From: Eledone cirrhosa
Taxonomy: Eukaryota
Direction: 5' to 3'
DNA length: 64,000 nucleotides
NCBI GenBank assembly: GCA_964016885.1
Contig: OZ024741.1
Span: 411,742,001 to 411,806,000 of the forward strand
Under the pieces are notes generated by a model that saw nothing but the letters and a program-made list of their open reading frames with translations, had not been told where the DNA came from and searched no databases. Made by a program: the position numbers and the translations under genes. Positions within the stretch are counted from its first letter, which is position 1; each line of letters opens with the position of its first letter. Shown here in pieces: positions 11,900-23,429 of the stretch.

Positions 11900-14095
11900 T
11901 AGTAAGAGGATGATGATTGATGTTGCTTTTGAAATGTTGAAAACTGCAGTTAGAGGTTAGGGAAGTAACAAGTTGGAAGAGAATTCCACAGGTGAGATGT
12001 GAGAGGGAAGAAACTGGGAGAGTTACATAGGTGAGATGTGAGAGGGAAGAAACTGGGAGAGTTACATAGGTGAGATGTGAGAGTGAAGAAACTGGGAGAG
12101 AGTTACATAGGTGAGATGTGAGAGTGAAGAAACTGGGAGAGAGTTACATAGGTGAGATGTGGGAGGGAAGAAACTGGGAGAGAGTTACATAGGTGAGATG
12201 TGGGAGGGAAGAAACTGGGAGAGTTACATAGGTGAGATGTGAGAGGGAAGAAACTGGGAGAGTTACATAGGTGAGATGTGAGAGGGAAGAAACTGGGAGA
12301 GAGTTACATAGGTGAGATGTGGGAGGGAAGAAACTGGGAGAGAGTTACATAGGTAAGATGTGGGAGGGAAGAAACTGGGAGAGTTACATAGGTGAGATGT
12401 GAGAGGGAAGAAACTGAGAGAGTTACATAGGTGAGATGTGGGAGGGAAGAAACTGGGAGAGGGTTACATAGGTGAGATGTGGGAGGGAAGAAACTGGGAG
12501 AGTTACATAGGTGAGATGTGAGAGGGAAGAAACTGGGAGAGTTACATAGGTGAGATGTGGGAGGGAAGAAACTGGGAGAGTTACATAGGTGAGATGTGGG
12601 AGGGAAGAAACTGGGAGAGAGTTACATAGGTGAGATGTGGGAGGGAAGAAACTGGGAGAGTTACATAGGTGAGATGTGAGAGAGAAGTAACAAGTTGGAA
12701 GAGAATTCCACACTAAGATGTGAGAGGGAAGAAACTGGGAGAGTTACATAGGTGAGATGTGAGAGGGAAGAAACTGGGAGAGAGTTACATAGGTGAGATG
12801 TGGGAGGGAAGAAACTGGGAGAGTTACATAGGTGAGATGTGGGAGGGAAGAAACTGGGAGAGAGTTACATAGGTGAGATGTGGGAGAGAGTTACATAGGT
12901 TAGATGTGGGAGGGAAGAAACTGAGAGAGTTACATAGGTGAGATGTGAGAGGAAAGAAACTGGGAGAGTTACATAGGTGAGAAGTGGGAGGGAAGAAACT
13001 GGGAGAGAGTTACATAGGTGAGATGTGGGAGGGAAGAAACTGGGAGAGAGTTACATAGGTGAGATGTGGGAGGGAAGAAACTGGGAGAGTTACATAGGTG
13101 AGATGTGAGAGGGAAGTAACAAGTTGGAAGAGAATTCCACAGGTGAGATGTGAGAGGGAAGAAACTGGGAGAGTTACATAGGTGAGATGTGAGAGGGAAG
13201 AAACTGGGAGAGTTACATAGGTGAGATGTGAGAGGGAAGAAACTGGGAGAGTTACATAGGTGAGATGTGGGAGGGAAGAAACTGGGAGAGAGTTACATAG
13301 GTGAGATGTGAGAGGGAAGAAACTGGGAGAGAGTTACATAGGTGAGATGTGGGAGGGAAGAAACTGGGAGAGAGTTACATAGGTGAGATGCGGGAGGGAA
13401 GAAACTGGGAGAGAGTTACATAGGTGAGATGTGGGAGGGAAGAAACTGGGAGAGTTACACAGGTGAGATGTGGGAGGGAAGAAACTATGAGAAGAGAGTT
13501 ACACAGGTGAGAAACTATGAGAAGAGAGTTACACAGGTGAGATGTGAGAGGGGAGAAACTATCAGAAGAGAGTTACATAGGTGAGATGTGAGAGGGAAGA
13601 AACTATGAGAAGAGAGTTACACATGTGAGATGTGAGAGGGAAGAAACTATCAAAAGAGAGTTACACAGGTGAGATGTAAGAGGGAAGAAACTATCAGAAG
13701 AGAATCTATGATTATATTTAGGAACTTCAACTGTAAATAGGTGAGACCTAGTTGCTAATCTGGTGTTTAAACTTGTGAACTTAGGCAACAAAGAGGAAAG
13801 CTCATCAGAACAATTCTCATGAAAATTTTTATAAAAGAGGCAAAGACAAGCAACATGTCTAGGGTGTGATGGTGATTGAAGCTGACAGGATAAGTCAGGA
13901 GCAATAATGTTGACAATTATTTGTTAGGTAATAAGGTGAGAAGGAGTCCCCTAGTCATAGAAGGATATCTGATAGACAAACAATAAATCAGGAGCAATGT
14001 TGACATTTCTTCTTTGGTTTTTATCTAAACTCTTAAGGTCCATGACAGAAACATCAGACCAGATGTGGCAACAGTACTCAATACAAGTATTACAT
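11900..14095 (-). mobile_element. CR1/L2/Jockey-group LINE 3' remnant split by a minisatellite
   Basis: Minus-strand frames give IEYCCHIW..LKSLDKNQRR, TRLATRSHLFTV, SFFPLTSHL and LWNSLP, motifs typical of the RT C-terminal region in this group. Confidence 0.7.
11990..13700. repeat. 39/41-bp purine-rich minisatellite (~43 copies)
   Basis: Unit GGTGAGATGTG(A/G)GAGGGAAGAAACTGGGAGA(GA)GTTACATA. Confidence 0.95.
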
Positions 14096-14280
14096 TCTGG
14101 TATGTGTGTGTATATATGGCTTTGTGTGATGTAGAAATGTCTGTATGTGTGTATATGGTTTTGTGTGATGTACAAATGTGTATATATATGTAGGTATAAC
14201 CACAGTGTGTATATATATGTAGGTATAACCACAGTGTGTATATATATAACCAAATGTGTATATATATGTAGGTATAACCA

Positions 14281-16970
14281 CAATGACAGAGGACGGAGAC
14301 ATCGTTATGCTAGCAGGAGACTTCAATGGTCATGTTGGACAGCTCCAGGATGGTTACACTGGGGTACATGGTGGGCACGGTTACGGTTCAAGAAATGAAG
14401 AAGGAGTGAGACTTCTTGAATTTTGTGATGCAAGTACATTGACTATTTGCAACACAAACTTCCAGAAACCTGCCAACCACCTAATAACCTACAAATCTGG
14501 TGAGCACATAAGCCAGATTGACTTCCTGCTAGTTAGGCAGCGGGACAGGCAGATAGTGTCTAATACCAAGGCATACCCTGGGGAAGAATGTACCCCACAG
14601 CATAGGTTAGTTGTTAGTGATATCTCAGTAAGCAAGAGATGGAATGAGACATATAGGAAGGTGTGGAGAAGAAAGGTCTGGAAGCTAAAAGACCTTTCAC
14701 TAAAATTCAAATTTAGGAAAGCCCTTCAAGATGTATATGACGAAAAAGAAGACGATTTAGAGACGTATGACATAGATAATAACTGGAAGTTCTTACGTGA
14801 CAACTTGCTGAAGGCTACTGATGAAACCTGTGGCTGGAGCAGAGCTCCAACCAGACAGAGAGTGACCTGGTGGTGGAACAGCAGTGTAGATAAGGCTATT
14901 AGAGACAAAAGACTAGCATGGAAGGCTTGGAATAAGGGTGGGAGTAGGGAAGAATATACAGCCACTAAGAGAGAAGCTAGACGTCAGGTGTACTTAGCAC
15001 GCAGGGAGGCAGAGAGTAGGAGGTTTGCCAATGTTCTGCGATGGGAAGATCAGAGGCGTGCGGTGTTCCACATTGCAAGGCAGTGTGTCAATGCAAATCA
15101 GGATGTTGTTGGTGATAAATGTGTCCGGGATGATGCCGGTGTACTTAGTGTCACGAATGACCAGAAAAAGGAGGCCTGGAAATGTCATTATGAGAGACTG
15201 ATGAATGTGGAGAACGAATGGGAGAGAGAGAAATTACCCTTGGTAGATCCGACAGAGGGACCAGCTATTGAGATTGACGAATATAGGGTCCAAGAGGCGA
15301 TTAGGGAAATGAAAAATGGTAAGGCGGCCAGACCATCGGGAATAGTTGCTGAGATGCTGAAGGCATCAGGGGACGTAGGCACTAAACTGGTTGCACGCAT
15401 AATCAATCAGGCTATATATGGTGGTGTCATACCCAAAGACTGGTGCAGCAGTATTCTCATAAATTGCTACAAAGGTAAAGGGGATGCTTTGGAGAGGAGC
15501 AATTATAGGGGTATAAAACTGATAGATCAGGTTATGAAAGTGGCAGAAAGGATTTTAGCACAACTAATTAGAGAAAGGGTCAAACTAGATGAGATGCAGT
15601 TTGGTTTTGTGCCTGGGAAGAGTACAACAGATGCCCTCTTCTTGGTGAGACAAATGCAAGAGAGGTTCTTAGAGAAGAATAAGCCACTATACTTAGCCTT
15701 TGTTGACCTAGAGAAGGCCTTTGATAGGGTACCCCGATCTGTCATCTGGTGGTCCCTAAGGAAGCTGGGTGTTGAGGAATGGCTTGTAAGGACAGTGCAA
15801 ACTTTGTACAGAGGTACTCTCAGTAAAGTCAGCGTAGGAATGGAGTTTAGTGAGGAATTCCAGATACAAGTAGGAGTACATCAGGGTTCGGTCCTCAGCC
15901 CGCTCTTGTTCATTATAGTCCTCCAAGCCATAACAGAGGAGTTTAAGACTGGCTGTCCATGGGAACTTCTCTATGCTGACGATCTGGCTCTTATGGCAGA
16001 ATCAGTAGAGGAGCTAGAGAATAAATTCCGGCTATGGAAACAGCAGTTGGAAGCAAGAGGACTGAGAGTAAATCTAGCTAAGACAAAAGTGTTGATGAGT
16101 AGAAAAGAGGACAAAACCCTGATTCCGTCAGGGAAATGGCCATGTTCGATATGCAGAAAAGGAACTGGCATAAATTCTATAAAATGCACACAATGTAGGT
16201 CCTGGGTACACAAGAGATGTAGCGGGATAGCAGGCAAACTAACAGGTAGGGAGAAATATGTATGCAGTAGATGTACAGGGAAATTAGACAGTAGAAGTCG
16301 CACTGATAGACACATTTTTCAAATGCGAGAGGGCGCTATAGAAGTGGTGGATAGCTTCCGGTACCTAGGAGATCAGATTAGCATGGGAGGAGGGTGTTCC
16401 GAGGCCATAGTATCTAGAATAAGGACGGGTTGGAAGAAGTTTAGGGAGCTGCTTCCTCTGTTGACGAAGAAGGGTTTCTCCCTGCGTACGAAAGGCCGGT
16501 TGTATGATGCCTGTGTGAGGAGCGCGATGCTGCATGGTAGTGAGACATGGGCAGCTACCGCAGAAGATATGCGACGGCTGGAGAGAAATGAGGCAAGCAT
16601 GCTCCGTTGGATGTGCAGTGTAAATGTGCGTGAACGACCCAGCATAAATGTGTTGAGAGAGAAACTGTGTCTGAGAGGGATAGAATGTAGTGTACGGGAG
16701 AGGAGACTGAGGTGGTATGGACATGTGATGCGCATGGAGGATGACCGATGGGTGAAGAAGTGCCAGGAAATGCCAGTTGAAGGAAGACGTGGTAGAGGTA
16801 GACCACGAAAAACATGGGCGGAGGTGGTGAGAACAGACCTCAGATCATTGAAGCTCACGGTGGAGATGACGAGGGACCGTGACGAGTGGAGAGATGCTGT
16901 GCTGAATAAGACCCGTCCCACCCTTGCAAGCAGGGAAAAGCGGACGTAAAATGATGATGATGATGATGAT
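14281..16970 (+). mobile_element. Young 5'-truncated RTE-clade LINE (family 1) with uninterrupted ORF: C-terminal half of APE endonuclease, RT and PHD finger
   Basis: ORF 14256-16949 has GDFNGHVG, SQIDF, QHRLV, NYRGIKL, QFGF, FVDLEKAFDRV, GVHQGSVLSP, LLYADD, a C4HC3 finger and RRLRWYGHV; stop immediately followed by a (GAT)n tail. Confidence 0.97.
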
Positions 16971-17524
16971 GTATATACTCTGACATTGTGTGTATCTGAT
17001 TTACAATAGGTACACTATATTCCTACGTGTTGTCTGAGGCATTGTGATATATAAATGTTGCTATGTTTAAATGTATGGTTTCTGGTGAGATATAGTATGG
17101 TATGGACCAATGGTTTCTGGTGAGATACAGTATGGTGTGATGGTTTCTGGTGAGATATAGGAAGGTATGATGGTTTCTGGTGAAATATAGTATGGTTTGG
17201 ACTGGTAACTCCTGAGGGAAGCCATATTGACATACAGTGTTTCTAGGGCATTTTTATACGTGGCAGAGACAATCTCTTCTCCAGGACTGAACACAGCAGA
17301 TTTCTTCCAGAGAATGATAGAGAACGTGAGAGAATGGAAGTGAGAAAGAAATATAGAGGAAGAATTGACCCCAGTACTAGACTGGTACTTTTTTGATCAA
17401 CCTCGAAATGATGAAAGGCAAAATTTCCCTCAGCAGGATTTGAACTCAGAGAGCAGAGAACTAGAAGAAATACTGTAAAAACATTCTATCTGATGTTTTA
17501 ACAACTCTATCAATTCACCAGATT

Positions 17525-18020
17525 ACACCTCTCTAAGACAATGTCACTGGACCGAGATCTTTGGCGCTACGCAGTAATACAGAAGACCTGCCTTGCCTAT
17601 GTACAAAGCGAAACTTAGTCAGTAGGCACCTCTTAACCAAATATACACCCCAATCCACTACCCCTACCCTATCCTCCCACTCCCACCAACACCACCCCCT
17701 CTCTATAAAGTTGGTACCACAACATCCAGTCCAAATAAATGAGATAAATGAGATCGAAATCGAGATCGTGTAGGTGTCACGAGAAAAAACACACAGTCCA
17801 CGCTGTAATGTGGCCGTGTAGGTAGCACAGTAAAAAGTTCCCAGTTCCACACTGTAAATGTGGTTGGTGTTAGGAAGGGCATCCAGCTGTAGAAAACCTG
17901 CCAGATAGTCCTATATGAGCGAGACACGGTCACCCGACCAACCTTGCCTCAAGTGGGACAACTGCCGTCTAACTCATGCTAGCGTGGAAAGTGGACGTTA
18001 AACGAGGATGATGATGATAT
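17525..18020 (+). mobile_element. RTE family-2 C-terminus with long 3' UTR / SINE-like tail
   Basis: HLSKTMSLDRDLWRYAV followed by GTTGGTGTTAGGAAGGGCATCCAGCTGTAGAAA and a GGACGTTAAACGA(GAT)n tail. Confidence 0.7.
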
Positions 18021-18036
18021 GGTGAGGTAGAAATGT

Positions 18037-18264
18037 TTAACCCTTTAGCATTTACATTACTCTATATTTACTATTGTATTTTCATGGTAAACACTTTATT
18101 TCACATAATTATCTCACATAATATCAATCTATGAGATTTTGATGATATTTATTTTGAGAAGAATACCTTAACATAAGTATGAGTAGCCATTTACAGCCAG
18201 TTTGAACAGAAAGAGGTGAGAGAATTCTGGCCGGATACAGCCGGTTTGAATGCTAAAGGGTTAA
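18037..18264. mobile_element. piggyBac-like MITE
   Basis: TTAA-CCCTTTAGCATT ... AATGCTAAAGGG-TTAA: perfect 12-bp TIR with TTAA TSD; second copy at 37294-37508. Confidence 0.85.
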
Positions 18265-18326
18265 ATGTATGTTATGTAGATATATACCCCATCATTATCT
18301 GAAAACACAGCATAAAAATATTTTAC

Positions 18327-18407
18327 CTCCAAACAATCTTTCTTTTTGTGTGTGATTGAACCACAGTTCTCACAGGCACCCTTCCGGTATTTTGTAGTAA
18401 CAGTCAT
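18327..18407 (-). CDS. SLU7: SLU7 coding exon 3, zinc knuckle ([27 protein letters not shown])
   Basis: tctcag|ATG ... GAG|gtaaaa, 81 nt; hallmark SLU7 motif [18 protein letters not shown]. Confidence 0.96.
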
Positions 18408-19224
18408 CTGAGAAGTACAGACAGATATATATGATAAACATAATATAATTGAATATAGAGACATAATAATACATATTGTTAGTGTCTGTTGGGAGGGGGA
18501 GTAGGGGGGATAAGGATGTGGGAACTAAGGAAGGGGAATGTTTAGAATAAGTTTGTCTAGAATTGTTCCCCTTTAATTGAGGGCAATCAAATTATTGTTG
18601 CTTCCTGATCCCAGTGGATAGAATGGTAAATGTGTTACCCCCAGAAGATAGTGAAGGAGGGGATGCCCTAACAGAACCAGTTCACCCCACAAGATTGTTC
18701 TTTCCACCTCTATCTTGATGGCTATAGGAATGGATGTTGTTTGTAGACCCAGGATACCAGATATGTCCCTGTAATAGGTTTGACACAAGGCCAGTCTAAC
18801 TTGTGGGGTTTGTCCTTGTGGATATTAGGTACAAAGGTTACCTAAGGACCCAGGACACTGGATACAGCCATCTCTGCATCAATCAGTTTAAGTAGGAAGG
18901 TGACCTGAAGACCCAGGCCTTTACATGTTTCCACCACCACCAGCACAGTGGGGTTTCACAAGCCCATCAGGGAGCAGTCAGTACTTTTTAAGCTTCAGAT
19001 CTTCAGAATGTTAGGCAACAGAACCTGGATCTACAACTGGATTCACTGGAGAAAATATTACAACTGGTTGAACCCGAGATGGGAGTTCTTCCAGTGTTAT
19101 TTTGTGTTGGGTCTCGCTTCCAACAATCAATGTCCCTCTTGTTTAATTAATGGAACAGCATGCTAATGAGTGTTTATTTATGGAACAGCCTGTTAATGAG
19201 CGTTCCAATTGTATAATTAATGAG

Positions 19225-19345
19225 TATACTGGAGCAACGTGAAATGAAGTGTTTTTTTTCAAAAACACAACATACAATCCAATCCAGGAATTGAACCCAT
19301 GAATGATCCTAAGTCCAACGCCCTTACCACTGGGCCACACATAGG
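19225..19345 (-). mobile_element. tRNA-derived SINE head fragment
   Basis: Minus strand TGGCCCAGTGG (A-box) ... GGGTTCAATTCC (B-box) followed by TTTCACGTTGCTCCAG, as in the SINEs at 23108 and 32604. Confidence 0.65.
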
Positions 19346-19431
19346 CTGTACCATTAACCCAACAACCAGAACACTCAACAGACTAAGAGTTATCATAGAT
19401 TTCCAAAGTAAGATTCTATAAAAAGTCTAAC

Positions 19432-19582
19432 CTCTTTTACTCCTCTTTTGTAGCAGTCATCTAACTTGGCAAATGTTTTTTCATTGTGTTCCTGGGGTCT
19501 CTGATGTTTCAATGTAGGTTTGTCTGCCCCAAAATACCAAGGTGCCTGCATAATATACTGAGGAATATGGGGATTGATGTCC
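19432..19582 (-). CDS. SLU7: SLU7 coding exon 2 ([50 protein letters not shown])
   Basis: ttccag|G GAC ... GAG|gttaga, 151 nt, completes the phase-2 junction; conserved [19 protein letters not shown]. Not in the ORF track. Confidence 0.96.
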
Positions 19583-19657
19583 CTGGAAGAAAAATGTAAA
19601 CGAGAAAATAAGGAAAGTATTTATGAACAGATAATCATTTAGAATTTTGAAACATAT

Positions 19658-20184
19658 TTATCCCTTTTGATACCAAATTACCTCACAACCCACCCTTGGT
19701 TCTATGGGACAAAACTATTCATTTTCATATTTTTGTGGTTGTATCTCTAATGAAATACACGCTGTTTCAATTAATTAATTAAGAATTTTGAAGGTTTTAT
19801 TAACATTATTAATTATTTCATTACTATATAAGCAAGTGCAGTACCATGAAAAATATAGACTTCAGCGAGAGGAGATAGTAGAAGAATTTATTGGCTTTAA
19901 CATGTGTTTCTGTGTTTTTTAAATAGTCTACATGTGCTGACTACAGTATACATTTACCTATATTATATACTCCGTGATCTCTTCTGGACAAGTATACCAT
20001 ACTTCCCCACTTGGATACTTATAATTATTTCATTACTAAGATAACAGTAACTTAACATACGGTTCTTATATAAAATTATGTTGGAAAATCTTAATTTTAA
20101 TAAGAACCTTTTAAAATGGGCGGTTTTGTTTCATAAAACCAGAACTGGTTGTGGTTATTGTTGGGTTGGTGTGAAAAGGATTAA
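19658..20184. mobile_element. TTAA/piggyBac-like MITE (degenerate)
   Basis: Ends CCCTTTTGATACCAA ... GAAAAGGA-TTAA with imperfect subterminal inverted repeats (GGTTCTATG / CATAAAACC). Confidence 0.55.
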
Positions 20185-20461
20185 AATGTTTATATATATC
20201 TAAAAACTTTCCCTCATAATTTTATGTAAACATTTTCTATAACATTTTCATATGAAACCATCTGAAGCCACAGTTGGTTCTATGACATTAAACTATTCAT
20301 GGGACTTTCGGAGGCAATGTTTTACAGACAGATAGCCTTATTGACACCAACTTTTTTAGTTGCTTCTTACAACACACAGAGATACAATGTGTCTATTTTA
20401 AACGAGGTACACAACAGAATTGAAAGGATTAGTTAAAATAAATAGGACAGCAATAACTTAC

Positions 20462-20634
20462 TTTCCTTCCTCATCTTGCATTGCAGGGACTGTACCAGCT
20501 TTACGAGCCTCTTCCAGTTCTTTCATCTTCTTCCAGTCCTCTCGTGACTGTTTTTTAGGTTCATCCTGCTCGGTCTGTTCCGAGATGGCCATCCTTGCCA
20601 CCACTGATGGTGGCAGATTCACTTGGAATGACAT
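20462..20634 (-). CDS. SLU7: SLU7 first coding exon (MSFQVNLPP...[29 protein letters not shown])
   Basis: Acceptor tttcag| with exon start at 20656, ATG at 20634, donor GGAAA|gtaagt; conserved REDW.K.KELEE.RK.G..PA..DEEGK. Confidence 0.95.
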
Positions 20635-20840
20635 TGCGGAGAAGAATTTATCAAATCTGAAATATAAAATAAATAAATAGATAAGTAAATAAAACATAAA
20701 AATAAACATCATCATCATCACCGTTTAACAGTCCAAGCAAGGACTGGACAGGTCTTGACAGAATCAGTACTGAAGTGAGATTTCTGACCTCTCAGATGAG
20801 CTGGGGTGGGGCCTACGCCCTGCTTACATATGACCCCCCC

Positions 20841-20872
<32 letters not shown>

Positions 20873-21084
20873 TCATCCAACTGTATTTTATCATACCAGT
20901 CTGTCACACACACAAATGGTAGAATTATATCTTTTAACCCATGAAATACAAATAAAGACAAAAAAGTTCAAAGTGGAAGACATCATCAGAACTCAGGGTT
21001 CTCTTCTTACAGTGTTACCTGTCTATCTTTCTCTCATTATCTACCTGTGTGTGAGTGTGCTTATTTATATATATATATGTGTGT

Positions 21085-21270
21085 ATATCATCATCATTAT
21101 CATTTAACGTCCATTTTCTTCGCTAGCATGGGTTAGACGGGTTGTCCCATTTGAGACAAGTTGGGTCAGGTGACCATGTCTTGTTCATTCAGAACTGTTT
21201 CTGGCTTGGTTTCTACAGCTGGATGCCAACCACATCTACAGTGTGTATTGGTGCTTTTTGTCGTGACACC
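21085..21270 (-). mobile_element. RTE-tail SINE / RTE family-2 3' UTR fragment
   Basis: (CAT)n TTTAACGTCC ... TTTCTACAGCTGGATGCC, the reverse complement of the tail seen at 17870-18020. Confidence 0.7.
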
Positions 21271-21364
21271 TATATATATATATATAACAAAGAAAGTGTG
21301 GTAAGATGCCAGGTGGACCATAACGCACCAGAGTACTCGATACTTAGTAGAGTGGTCATATAAA

Positions 21365-22134
21365 AAAAAAAATGGTAAGGCCGCTGGACCATCAGGGATG
21401 GTTGCTGAGATGCTGAAAGCATCAGGGGACATAGGCACTAAACTGGTTGCACGCATCATCAATCAGGCTATATATGGCGGTGTCATACCCAAAGACTGGT
21501 GCAGCAGTATTCTCATAAATTGCTACAAAGGTAAAGGGGATACTCTAGAGAGGAGCAATTATAGGGGTATAAAACTGATGGATCAGGTTATGAAAGTGGC
21601 AGAAAGGATATTAGCACAACTAATTAGAGAAAGGGTCAATGCAGTTTGGGGGGACAATTACAAGAGAGGTTCTTAAAGAATAAGCCACTATACTTAGCTT
21701 TTGTTGACCTAGAGAAGGCCTTTGATAGGGAACCCCAATCTGTCATCTGGTGGTCCTTAAAGAAACTAGGTGTTGAGGAATGGCTTGTGAGGACAGTGCA
21801 AACTTTGTACAGAGGTGCTGTCAGTAAAGTGAGGGTAGGAATGGAGTTTAGTGAGAAATTCCAGATACAAGTAGGAGTAGATCAGGGTTCAGTCCTCAGC
21901 CAGCTCTTGTTCATTATAGTCCTCCAAGCCATAACAGAGGAGTTTAAGACTGGCTGTTCATGGAAACTTCTCTATGCTGACGATCTGATTCTTATAGCAG
22001 AATCAGTAGAGGAGCTACAGAATAAATTCTGGTTATGGAAACAGCAGTTGGAATCAAGAGGACTGAGAGTGAACCTAGTTAAGACAAAAGTGTTGATGAG
22101 TAGAAAAGAGGACAAAACTCTGATTCCATCAGGG
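21365..22134 (+). mobile_element. RTE family-1 RT fragment
   Basis: Closely matches ~15310-16133 with a deletion; LLYADD present. Confidence 0.92.
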
Positions 22135-22287
22135 TAGACTGGGTACTTTTGTGGTGACACTAGCACTACCACATTACAGCACTGGGTGCTCAATGTATTT
22201 GGTTTACTAGGAAAGCATTAGTGGGGTGGGGATTGGAATACAGACATTGCACTGCTCAAATATGTATGTGTTTGTATATGTATGTAT

Positions 22288-23050
22288 ATCATCATCATCA
22301 TCATCATTTATGTCCGCTCTTCCCTGCTTGCAAGGGTGGGACAGGTCTTATTCAGCACAGCATCTCTTCACTTGTCATGGTCCTTCGTCATCTCCACCGT
22401 GAGCTTCAGCAATCTGAGGTCTGCTCTCACCACCTCCGCCCATGTTTTTCGTGGTCTACCTCTACCACGTCTTCCTTCAACTGGCATTTCCTGGCACTTC
22501 ATTACCCATCAGTCATCCTCCATGCGCATCACATGTCCATACCACCGCAGTCTCCTCTCTCACACACTACATTCTATCACTCTTAGACACAGTTTCTCTC
22601 TCAGCACATCCATGCTCGGCCGTTCACGCACATTGACATTTCACATCCAACGGACATGCTTGCCTCATTTCTCTCCAGCCGTCGCATATCCTCTGCAGTT
22701 ACTGTCCAAGTCTCACTACCATGCAGTATCGTGCTCCTCACACAGGCATCATATAACCGTCCTTTCCTATGCAGGGAGAAACCCTTCTTCGTCAGCAGAG
22801 GAAGCAGCTCCCTAAACTTCTTCCAACCCGTCCTTATTCTAGATACTATGGCCTCGGAACACCTCCCTCCCATGCTAATCTGATCTCCTAGGTACTTGAA
22901 GCTATCTACCACTTCTATAGCACCCGCCTGCATTTGAAAAATGTGTCTATCAATGCGACTTCTACTGTCTAATTTTCCTGTACATCTGCATACGTATTTC
23001 TCCCTACCTGTTAGTTTGCCTGCTATCCCACTACATCTCTTGTGTACCCA
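22288..23050 (-). mobile_element. RTE family-1 3' fragment (inverted relative to the neighbouring RT fragment)
   Basis: Reverse complement of ~16203-16970, including the (GAT)n tail. Confidence 0.92.
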
Positions 23051-23107
23051 TCTAACCCATGCAAACCTGGAAAATGGACGTTAAACGATGACGACAGAAT
23101 CTGGGTT

Positions 23108-23429
23108 ATCATCATCATCATCATACGTCCGCTTCTTCCTGCTTGCAAGGGTGGGACGGGAACTGATTCTGGCTTGATTACTACAGCTGGATGCCCTTCC
23201 TAACTCCAACCTCATTTACAGTGAGTGCTGGGTGGTTTTTGCCGTGGCACCTACACGACCACTTTGCAGTGGAATGATAGGGACCCTAGTCCCTATCATT
23301 TCTACAGCTGAGTAAACTGGAGCAATGTGAAATAAAGTGTCTTGCTCAAGGAAACAACACATCACCCGGTCTGAGAATTGAACTCACAACCTTTCGATTG
23401 CAAGGCCAATGCTCTAACCACTAAGCCAT
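23108..23429 (-). mobile_element. Complete tRNA-derived SINE with RTE family-1 3' tail
   Basis: A-box TGGCTTAGTGG, B-box GAGTTCAATTC, central CCTTGAGCAAGACACTT, tail CCCGTCCCACCCTTGCAAGCAGG...(GAT)n; second copy at 32604-32942. Confidence 0.85.

Noticed and set aside
18480-19150. Higher-GC stretch that may be a decayed retroelement ORF1 or a nested gene
   Set aside because: No convincing motif, splice pattern or terminal structure was recognisable.
21365-23050. Twin-priming 5' inversion
   Set aside because: The tail is internal rather than terminal; a post-insertion inversion explains both the RTE and the SINE pieces.
23340-23429. tRNA gene
   Set aside because: A and B boxes are present, but I could not form an acceptor stem, and the sequence continues into a SINE body and LINE-derived tail.
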